Counted from the stretch's first letter, positions 38,712 to 48,706 are shown. The stretch is 64,000 nt of DNA from Dehalococcoidia bacterium (GCA_963662615.2 CAXXSR010000001.1:128001-192000); one strand, 5' to 3'. Made by a program: numbers and translations. Notes: generated by a model from the sequence alone, not told the origin.

Positions 38712-39380
38712 CTACTGCTGGGAGAAGCCAAGAGTGCCGGTGGTCATCTGCCCCCGTGTATCAAACTCTTCGAGCATATCCTCAGTGCCGCTCACGTTCC
38801 GGGCGAGAGGCATCAGCACGCGTACGAGCCCGTCGTACCTGGTGCCGCAGGGGAAAGAGACCGTCGTCTCGCCCACCCGCTCCATCTCGCCGTACCGCTC
38901 CAGTCCCGCCACCGTGGCGCGGATGCGCAGGGCCGGCCGCTTCGCCTCGCCTTCACCGTCGACCGTGTACACCCAGCGCCCGTCGACTTCGCTCGGCGTG
39001 GCGAAGAGGATCATGTCGCTCTTGAGGTCCTTGACCTCAATGCGCCCTGTCGGCAGCGGTAGCTGGGGGGACTTCTCCACAGCCTGCCGGGCCATAAACC
39101 TCAGTGGGCGCCGATAGATGCGGCCGCCCGGGAAGCGGAACTGGTTGGGCTGGCCCTTTACGGCAGCCAGGTCGCCGAGGGCGACCGCCCGGTCCCGGAT
39201 CTGACCCAGCCGCTCTTGGGCGTCCGGCCTGTGGCTGAAGCTCCAAACCGTGATGACCCCATCCTTGTCGTAGAACCCGACGGATATCTCGTCCCCGTGG
39301 GGGTCGATGGAGATCAGGCTCAAGCAATCGCCCAGCTTGGCCAGGGTCTCGATCACCGGCTCTCTGTCGGTCTTCACCAT
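38712..39380 (-). CDS. Hypothetical protein within the methyltransferase operon
   Basis: 222-aa ORF with normal composition, GAGG RBS, co-oriented; no family recognised. Confidence 0.75.
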   Translation of the reverse strand: MVKTDREPVIETLAKLGDCLSLISIDPHGDEISVGFYDKDGVITVWSFSHRPDAQERLGQIRDRAVALGDLAAVKGQPNQFRFPGGRIYRRPLRFMARQAVEKSPQLPLPTGRIEVKDLKSDMILFATPSEVDGRWVYTVDGEGEAKRPALRIRATVAGLERYGEMERVGETTVSFPCGTRYDGLVRVLMPLARNVSGTEDMLEEFDTRGQMTTGTLGFSQQ

Positions 39381-39463
39381 TTCACGACCTCGACTCGTAC
39401 GGGCCGCCCCTCCGTGGGCTCGGGGGCCGGGTGGGCTCCCTGCCGCCACCCTGCCCAGGGACG

Positions 39464-40381
39464 TTACCCTCGAACCGCCCCCACCAGGGCCCGTATGTGG
39501 TTCGGAGTGGTTCCGCAGCACCCGCCCACGATGTTGACCCCCATATCAGCGAGCTTCTTGAACCCCGGTGCCATCCGCTCCGGGGTCTCCGGGTAGACGA
39601 GCTGGCCCTGACGGATTATGGGGATGCCGGCGTTGGAGTTCAGCCACACGTAGCCGTCCGTGACGGAGCGGAAGCGCTCTCCCAGCTCCACCATCACATC
39701 AATGCCGTTACCGCAGTTGGCGCCGACGATGTCCGCCCCGGCCTCCGTGAGCTGATGAACGGCCGACTCGGGCGTGTCGCCCATCATGGTGAAGTACCCC
39801 CGGGGGCCCTTGTCGAAGGTGGTGAGCGCCGCCATCGGGAGGCCGGTATGCGCTTTCACCGCCTTCACCGCGAGCCGGGCTTCTTCCACGGAGATCATGG
39901 TCTCAACTACGATGACGTCCGCTCCACCCTCCTCCAATGCTGTGGCCTGCTCAACGAAGGCATGGTACACGTCCTCGGACGGTGTGGTCCCGACCGGCCT
40001 GATCAGCTCCCCGGTGGGCCCTATGGAGCCGGCCACGTAGCGGCCGCCGGAACCAGGCGCTGCGTCGGCCTGGCTGCGGGCATGCTGCGCGGCGAGCCGA
40101 TTCATCTCCCGCACCTGGTCGCCGTGGCCGTACTTGGCTTGCATGAACCGGCTCCCGCCAAAGGAGTTCGTTTGAACCAGGTCAGAGCCAGCCTGGAAAT
40201 ACTCGGCCGCCATACCCAGGACAACCTCAGGGTGGGTCAGGTTCATTGCCTCCGGGTCGCCCCCCGGCTCCAACCCTTTGAACTGCAGGTACGTGCCGGT
40301 GGCGCCGTCGGCTACCAGGGCGCCGCCCGCGGCCAGCCGCTCCAGAAATGTCAGCTTCCTGGTCTCGGCTCTGGCCGTCAC
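39464..40381 (-). CDS. Homocysteine S-methyltransferase domain protein (stand-alone MetH N-terminal module)
   Basis: DGATGT, QTNSFG, AGSIGPTG, GANCG, NAGIP, GGCCGTTP. Confidence 0.93.
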   Translation of the reverse strand: MTARAETRKLTFLERLAAGGALVADGATGTYLQFKGLEPGGDPEAMNLTHPEVVLGMAAEYFQAGSDLVQTNSFGGSRFMQAKYGHGDQVREMNRLAAQHARSQADAAPGSGGRYVAGSIGPTGELIRPVGTTPSEDVYHAFVEQATALEEGGADVIVVETMISVEEARLAVKAVKAHTGLPMAALTTFDKGPRGYFTMMGDTPESAVHQLTEAGADIVGANCGNGIDVMVELGERFRSVTDGYVWLNSNAGIPIIRQGQLVYPETPERMAPGFKKLADMGVNIVGGCCGTTPNHIRALVGAVRG

Positions 40382-40731
40382 TCAATCCACTCATCTATGG
40401 CCCCAGGCGTCGGGTCCCGCGACCCCTGGTTGTGCAGGTCCCGGATGCGGGCGACGAAGTCCTCGGGCATCCCACTGTTGTATCGCTGGGCCAACTCTGC
40501 GGCGGCGTCCCGCGCGTTGGCATCGACCTCGACAGGCTCACTCCACGTCCAGCCGTCCAGGTACGCGTCGCTGCCGTAGCTGCCGTCGAACATGGCGATC
40601 TCGTCGGCGGCCTCCTGGAAGCGATGGTCGAGCATCACCGACACCCTGCCATCTCCGTCCTCGGCCTGCACCTGGACAGGGACCTCTTTCCAATAGAGGA
40701 CGCGGAGCTTGGCGGTGACTTCGGCATTCAT
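40378..40731 (-). CDS. Small 'virulence factor' domain (PF13769-like) protein, known from folate/B12 clusters
   Basis: LYWKEVPVQV...RFQEAADEIAM...SDAYLDGW; 4-nt overlap with the next gene. Confidence 0.75.
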   Translation of the reverse strand: MNAEVTAKLRVLYWKEVPVQVQAEDGDGRVSVMLDHRFQEAADEIAMFDGSYGSDAYLDGWTWSEPVEVDANARDAAAELAQRYNSGMPEDFVARIRDLHNQGSRDPTPGAIDEWIE

Positions 40732-40808
40732 GGTGGACTCGGCCGAACGATATCACGAGCCTTGTACTTTCCGCATTGCACTACGCGTAGGTGAGGCCCC
40801 TCGCTGCG

Positions 40809-41588
40809 TCAGCCTGCGAACGTCGCTGAAACGCTCCCCACGGTTGTAAAACGAGCGATGATGCGGTCATTCGGTTCGACTGAAACGAGTTCGACGGGCG
40901 ATCCGGGAATGACCAATTGGCCGGCTTTCAGATGCTCGCCGCGCTGATCGAGATGGTTGACGAGCCATCGCAGCGATTTGAGTGGCCCGCCCAGGATCTC
41001 CGCACCGATTCCGGACGCCGCCAACGCCTCATCACGGAAGAGGCCCACGCCTTCCATGTCGAAGTCGAGCGCCGCAGGCGAGATTCGCCGTTCACCGACG
41101 ACCAGCGCCGCATGAAGGCCATTCGAAGCGATCAACTCCTGTGAAGTCGGATCGCCGCACCAGAAGTTGAAGTTGTGGATCTCGATGCCCGCAGCGACCC
41201 ATTCGATCGCGTCGCGCAACTGTCTGTCGTCCGAAACTTCACCAGGCACGTCTTCCCCGATGCGGAGCACAAATTCCGGCTCCACCGCACAGAGCGAATA
41301 GTCAGCCCAGTGGAGCACCGATTCATCGGCGTGGACGTGTGGAGCCAGAAGCCGCCCGGAGATTGGTTCTGAGAGACCGAGCTGCCGGCGGATGGCTTTG
41401 CTGGTACAGCCAACTTTGTAGCCAACGACACGTTCGCCCCGCGCCACGCGATAGTTGAGGAGCTGCTGCTGGACGAGATAGGCATCGTCGAGCGACAGCG
41501 ATTTGACGTCGATGACGGGATCCGATGGCGGCGTCTTGTTGCTCCAGATTTCCCAAAAGGCGCGGGCGGTCTGCTCCAGCTGCTGCAT
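40809..41588 (-). CDS. 2-keto-4-pentenoate hydratase-like (FAH family)
   Basis: DAYLVQ, GYKVGCTS, VEPE, ASNG, LKAGQLVIPGS. Confidence 0.88.
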   Translation of the reverse strand: MQQLEQTARAFWEIWSNKTPPSDPVIDVKSLSLDDAYLVQQQLLNYRVARGERVVGYKVGCTSKAIRRQLGLSEPISGRLLAPHVHADESVLHWADYSLCAVEPEFVLRIGEDVPGEVSDDRQLRDAIEWVAAGIEIHNFNFWCGDPTSQELIASNGLHAALVVGERRISPAALDFDMEGVGLFRDEALAASGIGAEILGGPLKSLRWLVNHLDQRGEHLKAGQLVIPGSPVELVSVEPNDRIIARFTTVGSVSATFAG

Positions 41589-41918
41589 TTCTCCTCAATC
41601 AGCAGGCACTCTGCCCAAGTGGGAAGGCGAGTTTTGCGTCAGACGTGAGCACGTCATTCTCATCCGTCCTGTGCCGACTGCCTTGCAGCATGGCGCGGCA
41701 GGAGAGTCGCCAATGGAAGCATCGTAATGGCTGGCCCCAGCGCTCGCGCAGTCGATGCTCCGCGGCGGCGGGCCCGCGTCGAGTCGTGGCCAGCATGCAC
41801 GATGGGTTCACGATGACGGGCGAGGAGCGGCGCACAGAACTCAGACCACGAGCCATCGAGACGATCCGTGGTCTAAGCTCTGGCGGAACCGAGCGCCGCC
41901 GTCCCGGGGAGGATTCGG

Positions 41919-43007
41919 ATGCCGCATGCCGATCTCGGTGCGCCCATTGAGCGGCTCGACACCCCGGCCCTGCTGGTTGATCTGGACGCACTGGACCACA
42001 ACATCGCCACCATGGCCACCGCCGCCTCGGCGGTCGGCGCCGCCTGGCGTCCGCACATCAAGGCCGGCAAGGCTCCGGCCTTGGCCGCGCGCCTGATCGC
42101 GGGCGGCGCCGTGGGCGTGACCAGCGCCAAGGTGTCGGAAGCCGAAGCGATGGTCGATGGCGGCATCGACGACATCCTGATCGCCAACGAGATCGTGGGG
42201 CCGGTCAAGATCGCGCGGCTGGCCAAGCTGGCGCGACGCGCGCGGCTGTGCGTGGCCGTGGACGACGCCGGGAACCTGCGCCAAGTGGCCGCCGCTATGC
42301 GCGCCGCCGGGGCCCAGATCGACGTGCTGATCGATGTCAACGTGAACATGAACCGCTGTGGCGTCCGGCCCGATGCGGCCCCAGCCCTCGCGGCCCTGGC
42401 CACTGAGCTCGATGGCGTGGCGCTGCGGGGACTGATGGGCTACGAGGGCCACGTCATGCACATGGACCCGGAGGAGAAGGAGCGCGAGAGCGCCGCCGCC
42501 GCGGACGTCCTGCGTGAAGCCCGCGCCCTGGTTGAGGCCGCCGGCCGGCCCGTGGGCATCACCAGCGGCGGCGGCAGCGGCAACTACGCCATCGCCCTGG
42601 CCCAAGGCCATCTCAACGAGCTTCAAGCCGGCGGCGGCGTGCTGATGGACCGCACGTACGTCGAGATGGGCGTGAAGGGGCATCGACACGCGCTCTTCGT
42701 GCTGTCGCAAATCATCAGCGCGCCCGACGGCGCCCGCGTCATCGGCGACGCGGGCTGGAAGAGCAGCGGGCGTCACACGGGGCTTCCCGTCGTCCAGGGC
42801 CGCGACGACCTGGAGCTCGTGGGCCTGAGCGCGGAGCACACGCACTACCGGCTGCACCCCGGCGCCCAGGTGCGCCCGGGCGATCAGATCACGTTGATCC
42901 CCAGCTACTCCGACTCCACTGTCCTCTTGCACCGCTGCATCCACGCCGTGCGGGACGGCGTCGTGGAAGAGGTCTGGCCGATCACGGCGGCGGGCATGCT
43001 TCAGTAG
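41919..43007 (+). CDS. D-threonine aldolase/D-serine dehydratase (DSD1)-type PLP enzyme
   Basis: LDTPALLVD, RPHIK, NRCGV, GYEGH, DAGWK, LSAEH. Confidence 0.9.
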   Translation: MPHADLGAPIERLDTPALLVDLDALDHNIATMATAASAVGAAWRPHIKAGKAPALAARLIAGGAVGVTSAKVSEAEAMVDGGIDDILIANEIVGPVKIARLAKLARRARLCVAVDDAGNLRQVAAAMRAAGAQIDVLIDVNVNMNRCGVRPDAAPALAALATELDGVALRGLMGYEGHVMHMDPEEKERESAAAADVLREARALVEAAGRPVGITSGGGSGNYAIALAQGHLNELQAGGGVLMDRTYVEMGVKGHRHALFVLSQIISAPDGARVIGDAGWKSSGRHTGLPVVQGRDDLELVGLSAEHTHYRLHPGAQVRPGDQITLIPSYSDSTVLLHRCIHAVRDGVVEEVWPITAAGMLQ

Positions 43008-43198
43008 TCAGCCGCCGCGCGCGAGGTGCTCGCGAACGGCGCCGCCGTGCTCACGCACGAGCGCAACGACTACACCGCCAAGCCGTTGAGTGACGGGCGC
43101 GCGCTGTTACGCCTCGGCCGGCGTGGGGGTGGCAGCGGACCGCGCCCTCCATGCTGAACCCAAACGGCTGGGCGTCCCCGGGCAATGCGGTGACCCGC

Positions 43199-44254
43199 TC
43201 AATAGCCGCGGTCCCAGTCGATCACGTTTCGCAGCGGCTGCCCGTCGAGGTAGGCCCGGAGGTTGTCGCAGAAGATCTCGACGGCGCGATGCTGTTGGCG
43301 ATCGGTGGCCCCCGAGACGTGGGGAGTGATGAGGACCCGCTCATCCTGCCACAGGCCCGGATCGGGGTCGCGCTCGAATTCGCCGACATACACATCGAGC
43401 GCCACGCCACGCAGCCGGTCCCGAGCGAGTGCCGCCCGCAGGGCACTCTCATCGATGATCTCGCCGCGCGCGACGTTGACCAGCACCGTCCCCGTGCGCA
43501 TCGCCGCAAAGGCCTGGGCGTCCAGCAAGTTCGTGGTCTCCGGTGTCCATTGGCAGCAGACGGCCACGAACTCGCTCTGCGCGAGCAGCGCCAGAAGGCC
43601 GCTCGCTGGCTCGATTCGCGAGAACCCGGGGAGCAGCTCGCCGGCCGCACCCGCGCGTCGCGTGCCGACAACGTCCATGCCGAGCGCGGCGCAGCGCCGG
43701 CCCACCGCAGATCCGATCCCCCCCGTGCCGATCACGCACGCGGTCTTGCCCTCGAGCGAGACGGGGGCGTAGGCACGATGGTCGAACCGCCCGCCGGCGC
43801 GATCGTGCGGGGCCCTATGCAGCCCGCGGGCGAAGTGCAGGAACGCGGCGATGACGTACTCCGCGATGGGGCCGGTTTCCCCGTAGCCGCGCGTCGTGGT
43901 GACGATCACGTCGCTGCCCCAGAGATCGCCCCGACGCAGATTGCTCGCCCCCGCCGGCCGCTGGTGGAACCAGCGCAGTCGCGGCGCCCGCGCTCGGAGG
44001 TCGAGGGGGAAGGGAAAGCCGCCCAGGATCACCTCGGCCTGGGCCAGCACGGCATCTCGCGCTTCGCGAGAGCCTGCGCCGTGCGCATCGGGCTGGAGGT
44101 AGCGATCGACGGTAAATCGTGGCCAAGTGGTGCGGATCTCGCCGTCGAACCAGCCCCCTGCGTCGGTCAGGTGGACGCGGGGATCGATCCGTTCGATCCG
44201 CGCACGGTCGGCATCATTCAGGCGGACGATCGAGAGAATCTCCACTCGCTCCAT
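43199..44254 (-). CDS. D-2-hydroxyacid dehydrogenase family protein
   Basis: GTGGIG, VNVARG, ALDV, ITPHVSG. Confidence 0.9.
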   Translation of the reverse strand: MERVEILSIVRLNDADRARIERIDPRVHLTDAGGWFDGEIRTTWPRFTVDRYLQPDAHGAGSREARDAVLAQAEVILGGFPFPLDLRARAPRLRWFHQRPAGASNLRRGDLWGSDVIVTTTRGYGETGPIAEYVIAAFLHFARGLHRAPHDRAGGRFDHRAYAPVSLEGKTACVIGTGGIGSAVGRRCAALGMDVVGTRRAGAAGELLPGFSRIEPASGLLALLAQSEFVAVCCQWTPETTNLLDAQAFAAMRTGTVLVNVARGEIIDESALRAALARDRLRGVALDVYVGEFERDPDPGLWQDERVLITPHVSGATDRQQHRAVEIFCDNLRAYLDGQPLRNVIDWDRGY

Positions 44255-44513
44255 TGTCACCAGTCTCAGGGGAAGATTAGCGGCCAACGCACGGCGCGTC
44301 GGATTCTACGGCGGTGTGCCGCAAATCATACTCGTCGGATCTACGTCAATCCCTTTCCTGCCCCCTCCTGTTGCCAGCATCGTTGACAGCGACGCCAACG
44401 AATTGACAGCGACGCCTGTGGAATCCAGCCGACAGACGAAGCGTTGCCCCACTAAAGGACGGACCGAGCCGGACGACCCGGAATCATGTGCTGCGGATTT
44501 CAAGAGCGCCGCA

Positions 44514-44641
44514 AGGCGCGATTTTCACACTCTAACTGGACAACTTTTCCTGCTACCCTCCGGAGAGAAGCTCAGCGCATGTCGTTTGCGGCTTCCCAAG
44601 CAGAGGGGCGAGGGGTCGAGTCCCTTCTCCCGCTCCAGATC
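44514..44641 (+). repeat. About 128-bp tRNA-Gly(CCC)-derived repeat, copy A (pseudo-tRNA 44560-44637)
   Basis: GGCTTCCCAAGC anticodon loop, GAGGG-GTCGAGT-CCCTT T-arm, CTCCCGC-TCCA end; D-arm broken; about 80% identical by hand count to 61076-61201 (minus). Confidence 0.8.
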
Positions 44642-44658
44642 GTCCGGCAGGAGGCACC

Positions 44659-44988
44659 GTGCTCGCACTGTGGGTCAAGGTTCGAGTCCGCCCGGATCAA
44701 CGGGAGCGGTTTCTCAACGCGATTGAGACGGACGCCTTGGGCTCGGAGCGAGACGAGCCGGGCTGCCTGCGGTTCAACGTGCTCCAGGACGCCGAGGACG
44801 AGAACACGTACTACTACTACGAGGTGTATGAGGACGAAGCAGCGGTCGAGGCGCATCGGACGATGTCTCACTACGCGACCTGGAAGGCCGCCGGGGACAC
44901 GCTGGCCGGCCCGGTCGAGGTCACACGCCTGGATACGGTGTTCCCGGCCAACTCCGCGTACTGGGCGAAGAGGGAAAAGGGCAAGTGA
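44659..44988 (+). CDS. Antibiotic biosynthesis monooxygenase (ABM/LsrG-like) protein
   Basis: AGGAGG RBS; EPGCLRFNV, YEVYEDEAAVEAH. Confidence 0.88.
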   Translation: MLALWVKVRVRPDQRERFLNAIETDALGSERDEPGCLRFNVLQDAEDENTYYYYEVYEDEAAVEAHRTMSHYATWKAAGDTLAGPVEVTRLDTVFPANSAYWAKREKGK

Positions 44989-45113
44989 GGACGGCTGCCG
45001 GAAGCGGAGCACAGCCGTCCAGGTGGACAAGGCGGTCGCTGGGGGACCGTGGTCCACTGCCGATCGAACGCACGCCACGCTGTTCTTGAGCCGCACGTGA
45101 CAAGGAGCCTTTG

Positions 45114-46829
45114 ATGCGAACGTACCACGACATTCGCCTGAGCGATCGCACCATCACGACGCAGGAGTTGCACGGCGAGGCGATCGTGAACGCCGGCCGC
45201 TACCTGATCGCCAAGACACTCCTGGCGATGGACGTAGCGACCGCCGACCCGCTGTCGCCGCGGAATCCCCTCATCTTCTCCGCCGGCCCCTTCGCCGGCT
45301 CCACGTTCTCCAACGCCAACCGCACGAGCGTGGGTTGCAAGAGCCCGCTCACGGGCGGCATCAAAGAGGCGAACGGAGGCGGCACCTTCGCCTACGCCCT
45401 GGGGCAGCTCCGCATCGCCGGGTTCACGCTTCTGGATGCCTCGCCGGACTGGGTCGTGCTCCACCTGAAGAAGGGCGGAGGCATGGAGTTTGACGACGCG
45501 GCTCCGTATCTGGGCAAGGGCAATGTCGAAGCGACCGAGATGCTGCTTGCGCAGTACGGCAAGAAGGTCGCGCTCGCGCTCTGTGGGCCTGTGGGCGAGT
45601 ACCAGGACCTCCTGGCGGGCATCACCTTCACCGATAAGGACCGCCGGCCGTCGCGGCTGGCAGCACGGGGCGGCGTGGGCGCTGTCATGGGGTCGAAGCG
45701 GGTCAAGGCCATCGTCGTCGATCTGGACCGCATGCCGCCTTTCGAGGAGCCAAAGAAGGTTAACGCCAGCATCAAGCAATACGCCCAGATGGTTCTCAAA
45801 GACGACGCCATTCAGAAGACCTACGCCCCACTCGGGACGATGGCCATGGCCGACCTCCAGAACTCCCTGGGAGGCTTGCCCGTGCGGAACTTCAGCGCCG
45901 GCCAGCTCGTTGACGTCGACGCCGGCGAGACGTTCAAGCTGGGCGCCGACTACATTGGACCGCTCAACACCTCGCGCGGCGGAGAGCAGACGCACGCCTG
46001 CATGCCGGGCTGCATCATCCAGTGCAGCAACGTCTACCACGACGCCGACGGCAAGGAGGTCGTTTCACCGGTTGAGTACGAGACGCTGGGCTTGTTGGGC
46101 TCCAACTGCGGCCTCACGGACCCGGACGACCTGGCGCAGCTCAACGCCATCGCCAACGACCTCGGCATCGACACCATCGAGACCGGCGCCACGCTCTCGG
46201 TGCTCATGGAGGGCGGGCTGGGCGCCTTTGGCGACGTGAAGTTCATGACCGACTGCCTGGCGGAGATCCGCGAAGGCACGGAGCAGGGGCGCCTCTGGGC
46301 GCAGGGGACGGCGCGCGTCGGCGCGCATTACGGGGTGCGTCGGGTGCCGGTGATCAAACGTCAGGCGATCAGTGCTTACGATCCCCGCGTCGTTGAGGCC
46401 ACGGGCATCGCGATGATGACGACGGCGCAGGGCGCGGACCACACGGTGGGCAACTTGCCCCGCCTGAAGACGCGCGAGATGGATACGGAGTCGCTTGTCA
46501 GCCAGAGCCTGGCCCAACAAACGAAAGTGGCCGCCACGGACTCGCTCGGCCTGTGCGTGTTTGGGCAGAGCGTGACCAACACGCAGTTGGAGTTCCTGAC
46601 CACCGCCCTCAACGCCGCGCACGGCACGAGCCTCAGCGAGGAGTTCTTCGAGGCTCTGGGGCGCGAGACGCTGCGCCTTGAGTGGGAGTTCAACCGCCAG
46701 GCCGGGTTCACAGAAAAGGACGACGAGCTGCCCGCTTTCTTCTACGAAGAGCCTCTGCCCCCGACCGACCGCGTGGCGCGCTTCCACGCCGAGGACGTTC
46801 ACGGGATGTACGAGCGCCTGACCGTCTGA
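45114..46829 (+). CDS. Aldehyde:ferredoxin oxidoreductase family (W-pterin, 4Fe-4S)
   Basis: KSPLTGGIKEANGGG, AARGGVGAVMGSKRVKA, CMPGCIIQC, EYET, LGIDTIE, GADH. Confidence 0.92.
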   Translation: MRTYHDIRLSDRTITTQELHGEAIVNAGRYLIAKTLLAMDVATADPLSPRNPLIFSAGPFAGSTFSNANRTSVGCKSPLTGGIKEANGGGTFAYALGQLRIAGFTLLDASPDWVVLHLKKGGGMEFDDAAPYLGKGNVEATEMLLAQYGKKVALALCGPVGEYQDLLAGITFTDKDRRPSRLAARGGVGAVMGSKRVKAIVVDLDRMPPFEEPKKVNASIKQYAQMVLKDDAIQKTYAPLGTMAMADLQNSLGGLPVRNFSAGQLVDVDAGETFKLGADYIGPLNTSRGGEQTHACMPGCIIQCSNVYHDADGKEVVSPVEYETLGLLGSNCGLTDPDDLAQLNAIANDLGIDTIETGATLSVLMEGGLGAFGDVKFMTDCLAEIREGTEQGRLWAQGTARVGAHYGVRRVPVIKRQAISAYDPRVVEATGIAMMTTAQGADHTVGNLPRLKTREMDTESLVSQSLAQQTKVAATDSLGLCVFGQSVTNTQLEFLTTALNAAHGTSLSEEFFEALGRETLRLEWEFNRQAGFTEKDDELPAFFYEEPLPPTDRVARFHAEDVHGMYERLTV

Positions 46830-47048
46830 CGGCGCTGGCAAGGGTCGCTCAGAAGCGATGCTGCGACCTCCAATGCCTCCCAGGCTGCCGACGCCCTCCG
46901 CTGCGCGCGCGAAGTTCAGCACAGTACCCCGGCTGACCAAGGCAAGCACTCGATGTCGATACCACCCCAGGCGCGGGGGATCGTGCCGATTCAGGAGAAG
47001 CGTATCTCCCAAGCCGCATGCGCCGGCTGACGGAGCGGGGAGAGGGTC

Positions 47049-47456
47049 ATGAATGTGACAGTAGGGCAGATCAGCGAGAGGTCGCTTGAGGTCACGCCTC
47101 AACGCGTAGAGCTGTACGCGCAGGTGACCGGCGATCGCAACCCGCTGCACTTCGACCGTGAGTGGACGGCGCGGACGCGCTTTGGCCGGCTCATAGCGCA
47201 GGGTGGTCTTACGACGGGTTTGCTCCACGCCCTCGTGGTCATGGAGATGCCAGGGCCGGGCTCGGTCTTCATGGAGCAACATTGGCAGTTCCCCGCACCC
47301 GTCTATATTGGCGACACGATCACGGCCCGGGCGGCAGTGACCTGGGTGCATGAGCGCGAGCCAATTGCGCGCCTGGCGATGAACGTGACCAATCAGGACG
47401 GTGCGCAAGTATTGGCCGGAGAGGCGACGATCTACCAGGCCGAGGCGAGAGCGTAG
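47049..47456 (+). CDS. MaoC-family (hot-dog fold) dehydratase
   Basis: TGDRNPLHFD, FGRLIAQG, PGPG, FPAPVYIGD. Confidence 0.9.
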   Translation: MNVTVGQISERSLEVTPQRVELYAQVTGDRNPLHFDREWTARTRFGRLIAQGGLTTGLLHALVVMEMPGPGSVFMEQHWQFPAPVYIGDTITARAAVTWVHEREPIARLAMNVTNQDGAQVLAGEATIYQAEARA

Positions 47457-47596
47457 GTCCGCGCCGGCTGGCATTTCCCGCGCCCCCGGACCCCCGCCAT
47501 TCACACGCCGCGTGCGCCGGCTCCCAAAGCGCGCGGTTCGCTCGAACCGACACCGGCGGTGCAAGTCGTTGGCCAACGAGCCCAGCGTCCTGGACC

Positions 47597-48706
47597 TCAG
47601 GGGTCGCCGCGGTCGTCGTCCTCGCGATCGTCGGGCGCCGGCCCTTCGAGGGCGAGGCGGGGGCGGAGCAGGCGGAGCGTCCACTCCTTGGCTTGCAGGT
47701 AGAAGGAGCGGATCCCGCCCACGACGCCCTGGGGCAGCAGCAGAATCACGGCGATCAGGATCATGCCGTAGACGATCTGGCGCAGGATCGGATCGAGGTC
47801 GAGCACCTCGGGGAGAAACCAGACCACGACGGCGCCGGCGAGCGGCCCCAGGAGCCAGCGCGCGCCCCCGAGCAGCAACATCAAGACGATCAGGAGGCTG
47901 TCGAAGGCGTCAAACAGGCGCGGCTCAATATGGCGCAGGAAGTAGCCGTAGTAGACGCCCCCCACCCCCGCGAACAGGCCGCTGATCATGAAGGTGGAGA
48001 CTTTGGTCCAGTTGACGTTGATGCCCAGGGATCCCGCCAGGGGCTCGTTCTCCCGCACCGCCCGCATGGTGCGCCCGAGCGGCGAGTGGGCGATCCCGTA
48101 GACGCCGAGCATCGCCACGCCCAGGAAGGCCAGGATCAGGAAGTAGGCCGGCCGCAGGTCCACGAAATGTTGCCCCAGGACGGACGGAATCCGTTCCGGG
48201 ATAAAGAGCCCTTGGGCGCCGCCGGTGAGATCGCCCCCATTGGTGAGCACGATGGCTAAGAGCTCGCCGGAGGCAAAGGTCAGGATCAAGAAGTGGTGCC
48301 CGCTGACGCGAATGGAGGGGAAGCCCAGCACGCCCGCGGCGAGGGCGGCGGTGATCCCGGCCAGGGGGAGGGCGGCCCAGAAGGAGATGCCGAACTCGCG
48401 CAGGAGGATGGCGCCCAGATAGGCCCCCACGCCCATGAGCGCCGCGTGGGCGATGGAGATCATGCCGATCTGGCCGAAGAGGAGGGCGAGGCCGTAGAGC
48501 ACCACGGCGTTGACGGCGGTGAGGATGGCGATGCTGAGCAGCCGCTGCGTGGGCAGGATCCAGGGCAAGAGGATCAGCAGCGTGGGTATGGCGATCAGCA
48601 GGACGATCCGCTCGGGGGAGGGGGTTAGCAGATCCTCGGGGACGAAGGCGCGCCAGCCGCGGCCGGCATCCGCGGGGGTGTCCCCGCGCCGCTCACTCTT
48701 CAGCAA
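47597..48706 (-). CDS. Branched-chain amino acid ABC permease (LivM-like), orphan
   Basis: GMISIAHAALMGVGAY, LTGGAQG, SPLGRTMRAVRENE, PQGVVG. Confidence 0.9.
   Translation of the reverse strand: MLKSERRGDTPADAGRGWRAFVPEDLLTPSPERIVLLIAIPTLLILLPWILPTQRLLSIAILTAVNAVVLYGLALLFGQIGMISIAHAALMGVGAYLGAILLREFGISFWAALPLAGITAALAAGVLGFPSIRVSGHHFLILTFASGELLAIVLTNGGDLTGGAQGLFIPERIPSVLGQHFVDLRPAYFLILAFLGVAMLGVYGIAHSPLGRTMRAVRENEPLAGSLGINVNWTKVSTFMISGLFAGVGGVYYGYFLRHIEPRLFDAFDSLLIVLMLLLGGARWLLGPLAGAVVVWFLPEVLDLDPILRQIVYGMILIAVILLLPQGVVGGIRSFYLQAKEWTLRLLRPRLALEGPAPDDREDDDRGDP

Noticed and set aside
40732-40808. Cobalamin or SAM riboswitch upstream of the methyltransferase operon
   Set aside because: Gap is under 80 nt and shows no B12-box or S-box motifs.
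44560-44637. Functional tRNA-Gly gene
   Set aside because: D-stem cannot form, the anticodon stem has mismatches and the T-loop is GTCGAGT; reported as a tRNA-derived repeat.
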